DNA from: Eubacteriales bacterium
Lineage (GTDB): Bacteria > Bacillota > Clostridia > Oscillospirales > CAG-382
DNA: 64,000 bases
Assembly: GCA_045652245.1 (NCBI GenBank)
Contig: JAZRTY010000043.1
Coordinates: 501 to 64,500 of the forward strand
Direction of reading: 5' to 3'
Shown here piece by piece: positions 53,038 to 63,400 of this stretch; position 1 is the stretch's first letter, and every line of letters begins with the position of its first letter. A model generated the notes under the pieces. That model saw only the letters and a list, made by a program, of their open reading frames with translations. It made no database searches and was not told the DNA's origin. Position numbers and translations under genes: made by a program.

Positions 53038-55383
53038 TTATTTATTAAGATATGAAATAACCGATACGGGAATCAGCCAGAAAAGCTGGATAATAATGCA
53101 GAAGACTACATTGAGTGCGGAATTTGTAAGCAAAAGGACTGCAGAAAGCACGATTCCCAAAATTGCGCTTATCATTTTAATTATATTGTTAATCTTCACG
53201 TTTCTTCCCGTTCTCTCGCAAAGAATGAGCATTTCAAGGAAATTATGTACACTGCCAAGTGCGATAACGCCCGAGCTTACCTTTTCACATACAACCGGTA
53301 TATCCTTTGCGCTCTCGCCCTTTATAACGCTGAGTGCATAATTTGCTCTTTCAAGGCAACCGAACACAAGGTCGTTATTGACACAAGGGTCGATACTGTT
53401 TATGCCGACACAAAGATTTGCCTCCTGCAGCTCGATAAGTGTCTTTTCAAAATTGGGATTTATCGAATATTTAATATAGAATTTTGAAATTATCCTGCCG
53501 TCACGCACCATAAACAGAATACTTCCGTGTGACTGTTCGAAGGCTGCGTCGACACTATCCGAGATAACTCTTATTCCGTTTGTGTTAAGGTAAGACGAGC
53601 TTGCAAGAGTAACACTTCTGCCGTCAACACTGACCTCGATAGCATCCTGATAAACCCTGAGAAGCTCTACCTTTTCGGTGTTGATTTCAACATCAATCAT
53701 TTTTGCAAAGATTTTTGAAAGAGGTCCACCGACCTTTGTATATATTCTCGACATGAGAACCACTGCTTCGTCAAGTGCTACATCGGCGTATGTCTTGATG
53801 CTTGATACTCTTACGTCCTTTGGTAAAAATACCTCTGTATCCTCGAAGGCTACAACCGACAGTCCCTTATATTCTTCACTTGCGTTCTGACCTATAAGTG
53901 CTGAGCTGATAAGCTTTCCTTTTGTTGCCGCAATATATTTCGGAAGCGCTGAAACAAGGTATGTGTTTATAGGAAGTGAGGAAATAAATATAATTACAGC
54001 ACTTGTAATTCCGGTATACACGTCATTTGTGGCAATCGCCATAAAAAGTCCTACCACCAAAGACGCCACAAGTACAACAGCACTAAGAAGTCCAAGCTTC
54101 TTTTCGTTGTCGGGACGTCTTGAATTCCTTTCAACAAATCCGTCGTAAACCTCGCCTCGTTTTACCGTGATTACCTTTGCATTTTCCTTATCAATTCTAT
54201 TTTCAAAGGGTGCTGCCTCACGAGAATCAACCGGCAGCTCAAATGCACCGAATTTATGTGAGGGTGAGGAGGCAATTCTGAAGGAAGTATCATCTGCACT
54301 TGCACGAAGGTAATTGTAAAGTGCAAGCATGAAAAGTGCAAGACCACCGGCACTGCAGAACAGTCTTATTTCAGAACCAGCCAAAACTCCGAATATCGCA
54401 GAGCATACTGCCTGAACAGTACATGCAAGCGTTACGCAAAGTGCGCAGGATGCCGGCGAAAATCGCTTGTCAAGCATATTCTTAAATCCCTGCGCAAGGC
54501 TTTCAATCAGGAACATGGCGCTAAAGAGCATAACCTGAAGGCAAACCATGGAATAAACAACCGGTATTGCAGGAGTTAATATATCAAGGCAAGGCAGGTT
54601 GGCAATAGGGGCAAGCTCTATGTAAAGACCGATTACAAGAAAAACAGCACAGGAAAGAAGTACCGACATCGCTTTGAGCTTCTTTGTGTAGAATTTATTT
54701 ATTCCTTCACCCACAGCCCCCTTATCTGACATATCTATCTCAGAAATAGCGCCAAGGCCACTTGCAATTTTCTTGCTTTCTTTGCTTTGTTTTCTTTCTT
54801 TCTTTTCTTTTTTTATCTTTTTTCTGTTCTCGTCCCTTGCTTCTTCGCTTTCAGGCTCCGAAAATCCGAACAATGTGCCAAGATAGTCGTCAACATTCGT
54901 CTCTTCCTCTGTTTCCTCCTGAGAAGCAGGCTTTTCAGCTTCCGGCTCTTCAAACATTTCAAAACCGATACTGTCATCCTGTGCTTCCTTCTTAGGACTT
55001 TCAAAGATTTTTACATCATCCACGTCTTCCTCGACAAACGGCTCTTCCTTTTCCTCTGTACTCTCGGAAGCTACAGCCTCATTCTCCTCTGTCACAATAT
55101 CGGTCTGGGCGACGATTACCGTGTCCTCTTCTGTTCCCTCGCCATCGTCTGCCTTATCTGCGTCTGAAGGAGATTCTGTATCACCCAGAATACTGTCAAG
55201 CCAGGCAAGGTCATTTTCTTCTGTCTGGAAAATCTCGTCAAATTTCTTTTTCAGCTCATCAATTTTTTCAACGCCGTTATCCGGCTTTTTTTCTGCTTGT
55301 TCTCCCTCGTAGCTTCTTATGATATTGTCAAGAGACGGACTTTTGTTGCCGTCCATTTGTGATGCGTCACGGTTTGTCTGCAT
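53038..55383 (-). CDS. Membrane protein with a degenerate P1B-type ATPase scaffold and a long acidic N-terminal region
   Basis: 781 aa. About 220 aa of D/E-rich low complexity plus a K-rich patch. The TM and cytoplasmic domains then align by eye with heavy-metal P-type ATPases, but DKTGT reads EDTEV, CPC reads SLP, TGDN reads NSID and GDGxND reads GSVHNF. Confidence 0.75.
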   Translation of the reverse strand: MQTNRDASQMDGNKSPSLDNIIRSYEGEQAEKKPDNGVEKIDELKKKFDEIFQTEENDLAWLDSILGDTESPSDADKADDGEGTEEDTVIVAQTDIVTEENEAVASESTEEKEEPFVEEDVDDVKIFESPKKEAQDDSIGFEMFEEPEAEKPASQEETEEETNVDDYLGTLFGFSEPESEEARDENRKKIKKEKKERKQSKESKKIASGLGAISEIDMSDKGAVGEGINKFYTKKLKAMSVLLSCAVFLVIGLYIELAPIANLPCLDILTPAIPVVYSMVCLQVMLFSAMFLIESLAQGFKNMLDKRFSPASCALCVTLACTVQAVCSAIFGVLAGSEIRLFCSAGGLALFMLALYNYLRASADDTSFRIASSPSHKFGAFELPVDSREAAPFENRIDKENAKVITVKRGEVYDGFVERNSRRPDNEKKLGLLSAVVLVASLVVGLFMAIATNDVYTGITSAVIIFISSLPINTYLVSALPKYIAATKGKLISSALIGQNASEEYKGLSVVAFEDTEVFLPKDVRVSSIKTYADVALDEAVVLMSRIYTKVGGPLSKIFAKMIDVEINTEKVELLRVYQDAIEVSVDGRSVTLASSSYLNTNGIRVISDSVDAAFEQSHGSILFMVRDGRIISKFYIKYSINPNFEKTLIELQEANLCVGINSIDPCVNNDLVFGCLERANYALSVIKGESAKDIPVVCEKVSSGVIALGSVHNFLEMLILCERTGRNVKINNIIKMISAILGIVLSAVLLLTNSALNVVFCIIIQLFWLIPVSVISYLNK

Positions 55384-55431
55384 AACATTTACTTCCTTTC
55401 ATAAGTTTTCATATTCCGGTTTTTCGTACTT

Positions 55432-56280
55432 TCAGCCCCTCTGCCTTATTACCTCATAAAGAAGCACTGCAGCAGCTGTCGAAACATTGAGAGAATTAAC
55501 CTTTCCCTTCATCGGGATTGACACAATATAGTCTGAATTCTTCTTAACTATATCTGAAACGCCGTTTTCCTCACTTCCAAGGACTATAGCGCACGGGCAA
55601 TTATAATCGGCTTCTGTGTAGCTGGCTCCGTCTGCCTCTGCTGCAAAAATCCAGAAGCCCAGGTCCTTGAGCTTTCGTATCGTGTCGCTTATATTCGAGC
55701 ATTTAACTGCCATTATATGCTCGGTAGCACCTGCCGAGGCTTTAACTACTGCAGGGGTAATTCCCGCGGCTCTGCGCTTCGGAAGTATAATTCCGTGAGC
55801 ACCTGCTCCTTCGGCACAACGTATTATCGCGCCGAGATTGTGTGGGTCGGAGATTCCGTCACATATTACTACAAGCGGCTTTTCTCCACGTTCACGTGCT
55901 GCCTCTATAACTTCTTCGAGTGATACATATTCCATCTCGGATGCTATTGCAACAATCCCCTGATGCTGCTCATATCCACACAGAGCATCAAGCTTTTTCT
56001 TGTCAACCTCTATTACCGGAATGCCACGTTCTATTGCCTGGGCCACAAGAACTGTAATAGAGCCCTCCCTGTCCCCTTCACGGACAAAGATTTTTTCAAC
56101 ATCACGACCGGATTTAAGAAGCTCTCTTACAGCATTTCTGCCGGGAATTGCACCGTTTGAAAGCTCCTCGTTTTTTTCCTCGCTCTGCACAGCATACGGC
56201 TTTCCCGCTTTTCTTCGTTCATCAGCTCTGTATGCACTTTTTTTATTTTTATTATTCTTATATTTTTCTGCCATCGGCAC
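55432..56280 (-). CDS. rlmB: 23S rRNA (guanosine-2'-O)-methyltransferase RlmB (SpoU/TrmH family)
   Basis: SpoU substrate-binding N-terminal domain plus SPOUT motifs (DPHNLGAIIRCAEGAGA, VLGSEENGVS, IPMKGKVNSLNVS). Confidence 0.9.
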   Translation of the reverse strand: MPMAEKYKNNKNKKSAYRADERRKAGKPYAVQSEEKNEELSNGAIPGRNAVRELLKSGRDVEKIFVREGDREGSITVLVAQAIERGIPVIEVDKKKLDALCGYEQHQGIVAIASEMEYVSLEEVIEAARERGEKPLVVICDGISDPHNLGAIIRCAEGAGAHGIILPKRRAAGITPAVVKASAGATEHIMAVKCSNISDTIRKLKDLGFWIFAAEADGASYTEADYNCPCAIVLGSEENGVSDIVKKNSDYIVSIPMKGKVNSLNVSTAAAVLLYEVIRQRG

Positions 56281-56695
56281 TACCTCCGAAACAAGTGCAA
56301 AAATAGTTATATTTTCATATTCTATTTAATTATACCATACTTTTTTCGATTTGTACATAACAAATTCTGTATTATTTACAATAATTTACAATTAGAACAA
56401 TTTTTTAACAAATTATTACCCTTTTTTTGAGTTTTGTCTGTTTAAAAGCGGCTTTTGCAATTTATGGCGTGTCAAAACACCATACCACAACTTTACAGAA
56501 AATGGGAATCATTCCTTGTAAAAAGAAGCACGAAAATGTTATTATATAGGAACCAAAATCAAAAGATAAAGCATTTTGACTTCTTTAGTCAACAAAGATA
56601 AAAAGCTAAAGTCGAATAATGTTTTAAAAGAGCTTACTGCAGGAGCTTTTAGGTTTTGAAGCTTGAATTTGTAAAAAATGAAAGGATAAAAATAT

Positions 56696-57493
56696 ATGAA
56701 TATAAGACTTTATATTGCCGATCAGAACAGTATTTTCAGAAAAAATGTAACAGACTACTTTTTAGGCTCAAGTATAACAATCGTGGGTCAAACCGGTAAC
56801 GGTAATGAAGCAGCAAAGGAGATATGCGAGCTGTCGCCCGATGTCGTGCTGCTCGACCTGTGGCTGACAGGTCTTGACGGAGCAGACCTTATCCGTAATG
56901 TTCGCCGAAAAATGAAGGAGCCGCCGCATTTTATTATTGCAACTGCAATAAACAACATAACAGTCATTGAGGATGCAATTGAAGCAGGTGCCGCTTTCTG
57001 TATTATGAAGCCCTGTGAGCTTGTAAATTTATCGAATAAAATTCATAAGATATGTGTTATGAAAAGCTCTGTTTCGCTTGAAAAGCAGGAGGAAAGGAGT
57101 AAGAAAACCGACATTGAGGGGCAGATTACAAAGCTTATTCACCTTGTTGGAATCCCTGCTCACATAAAGGGGTATCAGTATTTGCGAAGTGCAATAATGA
57201 TGACCTATGAAAAGCCCGAGCTTATAAATTCGGTAACAAAAGAGCTTTATCCGACAATCGCAAAGCTTTACGGAACAACAAGCTCAAGGGTAGAGCGAGC
57301 AATCCGCCACGCAATTGAGGTTGCGTGGGACAGAGGAGACTATGAGGTGCTTTCCGAAATGTTCGGCTATACCGTACAAAGAGCAAAGGGAAAACCCACT
57401 AATTCCGAATTTATTGCTCTGATTTCCGACAATCTGCGACTTATGAATAAGAATGAAAACAACAACTCAGTAAGTGAAGTTGTTAGGGTGTAA
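56696..57493 (+). CDS. spo0A: Sporulation master regulator Spo0A
   Basis: Receiver domain plus the diagnostic Spo0A C-terminal DNA-binding domain ([16 protein letters not shown]..., [29 protein letters not shown]..., [13 protein letters not shown]). Confidence 0.96.
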   Translation: MNIRLYIADQNSIFRKNVTDYFLGSSITIVGQTGNGNEAAKEICELSPDVVLLDLWLTGLDGADLIRNVRRKMKEPPHFIIATAINNITVIEDAIEAGAAFCIMKPCELVNLSNKIHKICVMKSSVSLEKQEERSKKTDIEGQITKLIHLVGIPAHIKGYQYLRSAIMMTYEKPELINSVTKELYPTIAKLYGTTSSRVERAIRHAIEVAWDRGDYEVLSEMFGYTVQRAKGKPTNSEFIALISDNLRLMNKNENNNSVSEVVRV

Positions 57494-57669
57494 AAAACGA
57501 AGCCTTCCCCTTGAAGAGAAGGTATTAAACATAACGAACTGATACGGCGTTTATTCTAATCCCATAAACTGTAATTCCACCTCATCCGAATTTTGCTTCG
57601 CAAAACCCACCTTCCCCTCAAGGGGAAGGCTAAAAAAGGCTCCCTCACAGAGGAAGGCAAAAAAACGAA

Positions 57670-57693
57670 CAATCCCCCGTTTTCACGGGGGAT
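57670..57693. terminator. Terminator between spo0A and typA (convergent)
   Basis: aatcccccg-ttttca-cgggggatt, flanked by A-rich and T-rich sequence. Confidence 0.75.
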
Positions 57694-57713
57694 TATTATA
57701 TTTACTTCAGCCC

Positions 57714-59540
57714 TTACTGCTTTTTAAGCTTTGCATATGCCTTTGCTCTTTCGGCATTGTTGAGAATAGCCTTACGAAGTCTTATATTCGTCGGAGTTAC
57801 CTCGATAAGCTCATCTTCATTTATATACTCAATTGCTTCCTCAAGCGAGAAGAACTTGGGAGTAATAAGACGGAGAGCTTCGTCGGCACCTGTTGAACGA
57901 ACTGCTGTCATATGCTTTTTCTTACATACATTTACAACAATATCGTCGCTCTTTGGGGTTTCTCCAACAATCTGTCCCTCATAAACATCCATAGCCTCTT
58001 TGACGAACATAACGCCTCTGTCCTGTACCTGGAAAATTCCGTATCTTGTTGTTACGCCGTTCTCGTATGCTATAAGAGAACCGGAATCTCTCTTTATAAT
58101 TTCACCACGTACGCTCTCATAGCCATAGAAAATTGAAGAAAGTATGCCTTCACCGTGAGTATCTGTCAGAAATTCATTTCTGTATCCGAAAAGCCCTCTT
58201 GTCGGGATTCTGTACTGAAGCTTCATTCTGTCACCCCTTGGCTGCATATCAACAAGCTCGCCTTTTCTCTCGCCGAGTCTTTGCATAACTGCACCCATAT
58301 ATTCTTCAGGCACCTCGCAGATAACCTCTTCAATAGGCTCACACAGTACTCCGTCAATTTCTTTTGTCAGTACCTTCGGTGCACTTACCTGCATTTCGTA
58401 TCCTTCACGACGCATTGTTTCGATAAGGATAGACAGGTGCATTTCACCTCTGCCTGCAACCTTGAAGCTTTCGGTTGAATCTGTTTCGGAAACACGAAGG
58501 GAAACATCCTTTAATAGCTCTCTGAAAAGTCTTGCACGAAGATGACGGGAAGTACAGAATTTACCCTCTTTACCTGCAAAGGGGGAATCGTTTACCGAGA
58601 AGGTCATCTCAAGTGTGGGCTCGGAAATCTTCACAAAAGGCAGCGCTTCCGGCTCTGTAGGTGAGCAGATAGTATCCCCGATTGTAACATCGGCAATACC
58701 CGAAAGGCATACAATATCACCGGCACTAACCTCGTCAACCGAGTTCTTGCCAAGTCCGTCAATCTGATAGAGGTTTACAATCTTTGAACGGTAATCCTCG
58801 TGTACTCCGTTATAATTTGTAACAATAACATCTGCATTTTTCTTGATTGTACCTCGTTCTACTCTGCCTATTGCGATTCTGCCGACATAGTCATTATAGT
58901 CAATAGAGGAAACAAGCATCTGGGGAGCACCCTCGACATCAACATCGGGTGGGTCTATATGATTTACAATCGTTTCAAAGAGCGCTTCAAGATTTTCGTC
59001 CTGCGCTTCTGCATTCAAAGATGCCGTTCCGTTTCTGCCCGAACAGAAAACAATAGGGCTGTTAATCTGGTCATCATCTGCATCAAGGTCAATAAAGAGT
59101 TCAAGAATTTCGTCTATAACCTCGTCAATGCGTGCTCCGGGCTTATCAATCTTATTTATAACAATTACTACCTTGTGTCCGAGCTCAAGAGCCTTGCCAA
59201 GAACAAATCTTGTCTGTGGCATCGGACCTTCCTGTGCATCAACGAGAAGCAACACGCCGTCAACCATTTTAAGAACTCTCTCAACCTCACCACCAAAGTC
59301 GGCGTGTCCGGGGGTATCAACTACATTTATTTTTACATCCTTATAGACAAGAGAGGTGTTCTTTGCAAGAATTGTAATCCCTCTTTCCTTTTCAAGGTCG
59401 TTTGAGTCCATTACCCTCTCGGATACCACCTGATTCTCTCTGAATGTACCACTTTGCTTTAGCATTTCGTCTACAAGTGTTGTCTTACCGTGGTCAACGT
59501 GGGCAACTATTGCAATATTGCGAAGTTCATTTCTTAACAT
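57714..59540 (-). CDS. typA: Translational GTPase TypA/BipA
   Basis: IRNIAIVAHVDHGKTTLVD, DTPGHADFGGEV, NKID, and colinear EF-G-like domains. 608 aa. Confidence 0.97.
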   Translation of the reverse strand: MLRNELRNIAIVAHVDHGKTTLVDEMLKQSGTFRENQVVSERVMDSNDLEKERGITILAKNTSLVYKDVKINVVDTPGHADFGGEVERVLKMVDGVLLLVDAQEGPMPQTRFVLGKALELGHKVVIVINKIDKPGARIDEVIDEILELFIDLDADDDQINSPIVFCSGRNGTASLNAEAQDENLEALFETIVNHIDPPDVDVEGAPQMLVSSIDYNDYVGRIAIGRVERGTIKKNADVIVTNYNGVHEDYRSKIVNLYQIDGLGKNSVDEVSAGDIVCLSGIADVTIGDTICSPTEPEALPFVKISEPTLEMTFSVNDSPFAGKEGKFCTSRHLRARLFRELLKDVSLRVSETDSTESFKVAGRGEMHLSILIETMRREGYEMQVSAPKVLTKEIDGVLCEPIEEVICEVPEEYMGAVMQRLGERKGELVDMQPRGDRMKLQYRIPTRGLFGYRNEFLTDTHGEGILSSIFYGYESVRGEIIKRDSGSLIAYENGVTTRYGIFQVQDRGVMFVKEAMDVYEGQIVGETPKSDDIVVNVCKKKHMTAVRSTGADEALRLITPKFFSLEEAIEYINEDELIEVTPTNIRLRKAILNNAERAKAYAKLKKQ

Positions 59541-59683
59541 CTGCGACGTCCTTTCCTTTTACTTCAAATCTTATATCATATAATTTTATCACAATATTTA
59601 ATTATATAACAAATAGCACTGTATGTCAATTACATATACAATATTATTTCAAATATTTTACATTTTACGCAATTTATGTACGG

Positions 59684-60376
59684 CTAAAGTATTGGTTCTT
59701 GAAAAACCTCTTTATTCAGAATACTTGAAAAAAGGTTAAAGGGGTATTTATCCTCCGGCAAGAGGCGGATATCAATTTCTTTTTTCGTAAACGGATGTAA
59801 AAAGCTGAGTCTTGCTGCAAAAAGCGCAATACTTCCACGATTTGTATGGCTTCCGTACTTTCCGTCACCAAAAAGTGGCATTTGTCTGCTTGCAAACTGT
59901 GTTCTTATCTGATGTGTTCTACCGGTATGGAGTTTTATTCTTACAAGCGACAAGATTCCGTCCTCGCTCTGTACAGTGCAGAGTGTTCTGTATTCAAGAC
60001 TTGCTTCCTTTACACCCTTTCGCATTTTGTCTGTTACAAAGGTTTTCCCACTTGTGCTGTCCCGAAACAGCAAATCACGATATATGCCACAATCCTCACT
60101 CGGTTTTCCGTGAACTACTGCAAAATATTCCTTACAAAGCTTTTGCTCTGCCACAAGTGCCGAAAACTTCCCTGCAGCCTGCTTGTTTTTCGCAAGAAGT
60201 ATCGCACCTGCCACATTTCTGTCGAGTCTATGCACAACAAAAAGATTATCAATTTCGTTTTCTCTGCAAAGTACGTCGGCTATTCCCTCTTGTCCGTCTG
60301 CTGTAGGCTCCGACGGAACTCCACAGGGCTTTTCGCATATTAAAATATTCTTGTCCTTGTAGAGTATTTTTATCAT
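59684..60376 (-). CDS. RluA-family pseudouridine synthase
   Basis: HRLDRNVAGAILLAKN catalytic-Asp motif. Start at MIKILYKD (ATG 60376), preceded by AGAGGAAA. Confidence 0.9.
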   Translation of the reverse strand: MIKILYKDKNILICEKPCGVPSEPTADGQEGIADVLCRENEIDNLFVVHRLDRNVAGAILLAKNKQAAGKFSALVAEQKLCKEYFAVVHGKPSEDCGIYRDLLFRDSTSGKTFVTDKMRKGVKEASLEYRTLCTVQSEDGILSLVRIKLHTGRTHQIRTQFASRQMPLFGDGKYGSHTNRGSIALFAARLSFLHPFTKKEIDIRLLPEDKYPFNLFSSILNKEVFQEPIL

Positions 60377-60411
60377 AAAATTTCCTCTTTTTAAGCTTTC
60401 CACTTTCATTG

Positions 60412-60446
60412 TAAAAGCGAGATACCGTCACAGTATCCCGCTTTTC
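60412..60446. terminator. Terminator downstream of the large SLH protein gene
   Basis: agcgagatac / gtatcccgct stem with flanking A and T runs. Confidence 0.65.
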
Positions 60447-60465
60447 ACTTAAATATTAGTCTTAC

Positions 60466-63400
60466 TTAGTTGAGATTTTCAAGTGTACTTTCAAGTGCGT
60501 CGTAACGAACAACCACAACAAGCTCTGCGTGTTCAAAGTCGTCATCATTCTTGATTTCGGAAGAAGCAATGAACGCTACAAGAGGAAGATCCTTATTTTC
60601 TCCACATCTGTAGGTCTTTGCTGTAGATGAAAGGAAGCTTGCAGATTTCTTTTCGATTGTCTCTGCTTCAAGATCAAGGTAGGTTACAATAGTCTTGCTG
60701 TCAACCTTGAAGAGCTTTTCTTCATCATATACAGACAACAAGCCCATGTCGCCATCAAAGAATTCAATTCTTCTCAGACCCAGTCCCTGTTCATCCTTGG
60801 TTATTTCATCAGTTGCTACCTTACCAAGTACTTCAACACTACCCATCTTATTGCTTTCTGAAATATAACCCTTGGTTGTAAGCGGGTATATAGCATTTTC
60901 AAAGCCGTCAGGAAGGTCATTTGTTGCTTCGTATTCCTCTTCTATTGTACCTGTGAAGGGGTTGTAAACGTCATAATACTTAATATATTCGTCATCAACC
61001 TTTGCAGTCTTAACACTCTTAATGATTCTGTAATCATAAATGTTTCTTACATAACCTTCTTCTTCGCTGTCCATCTGAGCATACATATAAACGAGGTTTT
61101 CGATAAGAGATGAGCCGGGATTATTCTTTACAATATACTTCACGTTAGTAAGTGTATTAGTGGGTCCCCATTCCGGCATTGTATCCTTTGTGTATGTCTT
61201 GAACACCTTTTCACCGTGCTCATCAACAGTCTCAATTACAATAACGGTAGTATCAAGAATATCAAGATATCTGAAGGGAGAAACCGCAGCATTATTATAC
61301 TGACTACCATTTACGCCAACAAACTGATAGTAACCGTTTGTTCTCTTAATCAGAGCAGGTGTATCTATGCCGGTGTTATCCTGGTAAACATAGAATACAT
61401 CTTCATCCGCGGTCTTGAGCTTTTCGGGGTCGCTGTGTGCATCAGCCGGAGCAACCTTGAAAATATACTCATCCTTCGAATTCTTTGTATATGAAAGAAG
61501 CTTTCCGAGATAATTTGAGAAGTCATATCTGCCCGGATAATCCTCGCTTTCGGGTGTCGTCGAATCTACCTTTGCAGGTACATCTACTCTGACTCCGTCA
61601 ATGAGTGCCGGCACATAATCAGCAGTCTTCATAAGAACGCCGTTTTCAACCTTACCAACCGGTACAGAGAGACAATATTCGCCTGTATCGTCATTCGGGA
61701 AAATAATTGCGTACTTTTCAGGAAGCAATGTATCGGCAGGCTTTACATGAAGTACGATATTGTCAACTGCCGCAAACAAATATTCCTTTTCAAGGTCATC
61801 CTTTGTATAATACATATCGGTGTATGCTGAATTCACATAAAGAACATTTGCCATACTGTAGTATCTTGCAGCGCTCAGTGTTGACGGTCTGCCGGTATTG
61901 ACAGGAAGACCTATATATGTATACTGACCGGAAGAGTACGAGTAGGCTTTACCGTTGAAATAACGGCTGCTAATGCTACCATCATTTGCCAGGTCGTATT
62001 TATCAAACTTCAATGTCTGATATGTAAGCTCCTGTGTTGCGGTAACCTTCATATAGTTTGCAGGACCGTTGACATATCCTTTGATTATCTGACCGTCAAG
62101 GAAGTCTATACCTGCATTCGTAGCGCCGTAGGTATAAATAGTAGGAACTTCCTTTGCTTCATAAACGGGACCGTAGTTGAAAAGAGCTCTGCCGTTAGGC
62201 TCTTGACCTGTAATCCTGTCGAATTCAACATTATGAGCTTCGTTGAAGGTCTGAACGTCATCTGTTTCCGCAACACCTGCAGTATAGGGCTTATACCAGA
62301 TATACTCAATTCGTCCGTCTCCGTCTGAATCCCAAACGTCAAGCTCATAGGTCTTTGTGCTTGTGCTTGTCAGATTGAACATCATTCCCTTGTAAAGTCC
62401 CCAGGGAGAATAAAGTCCTCCGCCTCTTTCATCGTGGTATTCATCCTTGAGGATTACTTCTCTGCCGGCCATACCGTTAGAATCATAATCTACACCAACA
62501 AGTCCGGTCTGACTCCAATATTCATATCCTCTTCCAAGAGCATCCCTGTGCGACTTGAAGTTATAGTCCTGCACAAATTCCTCTGACTTGGGATCTCTCT
62601 GTGTAGCATCAAGATATATAAAGGAAGCATTGTCTGCGTTCTGTGCTTCATAAGATATTTCAGAAGGTCTGATGAATGACCAGGGAGCATTAAAGAGGTA
62701 TCCGTTAAGATTACCCACAGTTACCTTTCCTGTGAACTTCTTAATCTTATTTCCGTATGCATCAATGAACATATAGTCCTTTTTAGCAGTACCCGCAGAA
62801 AGTTCAAATATTCCGGAACCACCGGCAACGGCTTCCTTCTTCTCACCGATAACGTTTGAAGCATAAATTTCAATATCGCCGTCGTCTTCAGCATAATAAA
62901 TGCTGATGTCAAGCAGGAAAAGATCGTCGGGTGTACCGGGAAGCTTAAGGCTTTCAAGGTCAATTTCACCGAATAAATCCTCATCTCCGGCATATTCATC
63001 ATCAAATACAGAAAGACGTACAAGCTCGTCTCCTTCTTTTGTCTGCTTGAAATTGTCAAGAGAATAGTTAGGAGTTGCCACAACTCTCTGTACTGTCTTC
63101 TTCATATTGTAAATCTTGGATGCTATAGTGTCATATACAGTATAAGGTCTTATTTCAACAAGATTGAGATAAGCCTCAAGTGTATCGGGATTAACCTCTT
63201 CGTATATGTTCTCATATGCTGTGTTGCCTGTTCCCATATTTGCAAAGAAGGCATTATAAAGGAGAACCGCAACATCTCCTCTTGTGAGTGCTGTTGTATA
63301 GTCAACCTTTGAGCTGAGTCCTTTATCAAGTCCGATTTCCTCTGCCTTTTCAATATAACCTATAGGATATGACAAAACGCCTGTCTTTTCATGTTCAAGG

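Noticed and set aside
56290-56695. Sigma-H promoter and 0A boxes upstream of spo0A
   Set aside because: Candidate AGGA...GAAT pairs have non-canonical spacing, and the GTCGAA cores are only partial matches. This is not strong enough to annotate as features.
58800-59405. 201-aa + strand ORF
   Set aside because: It is antisense to typA.
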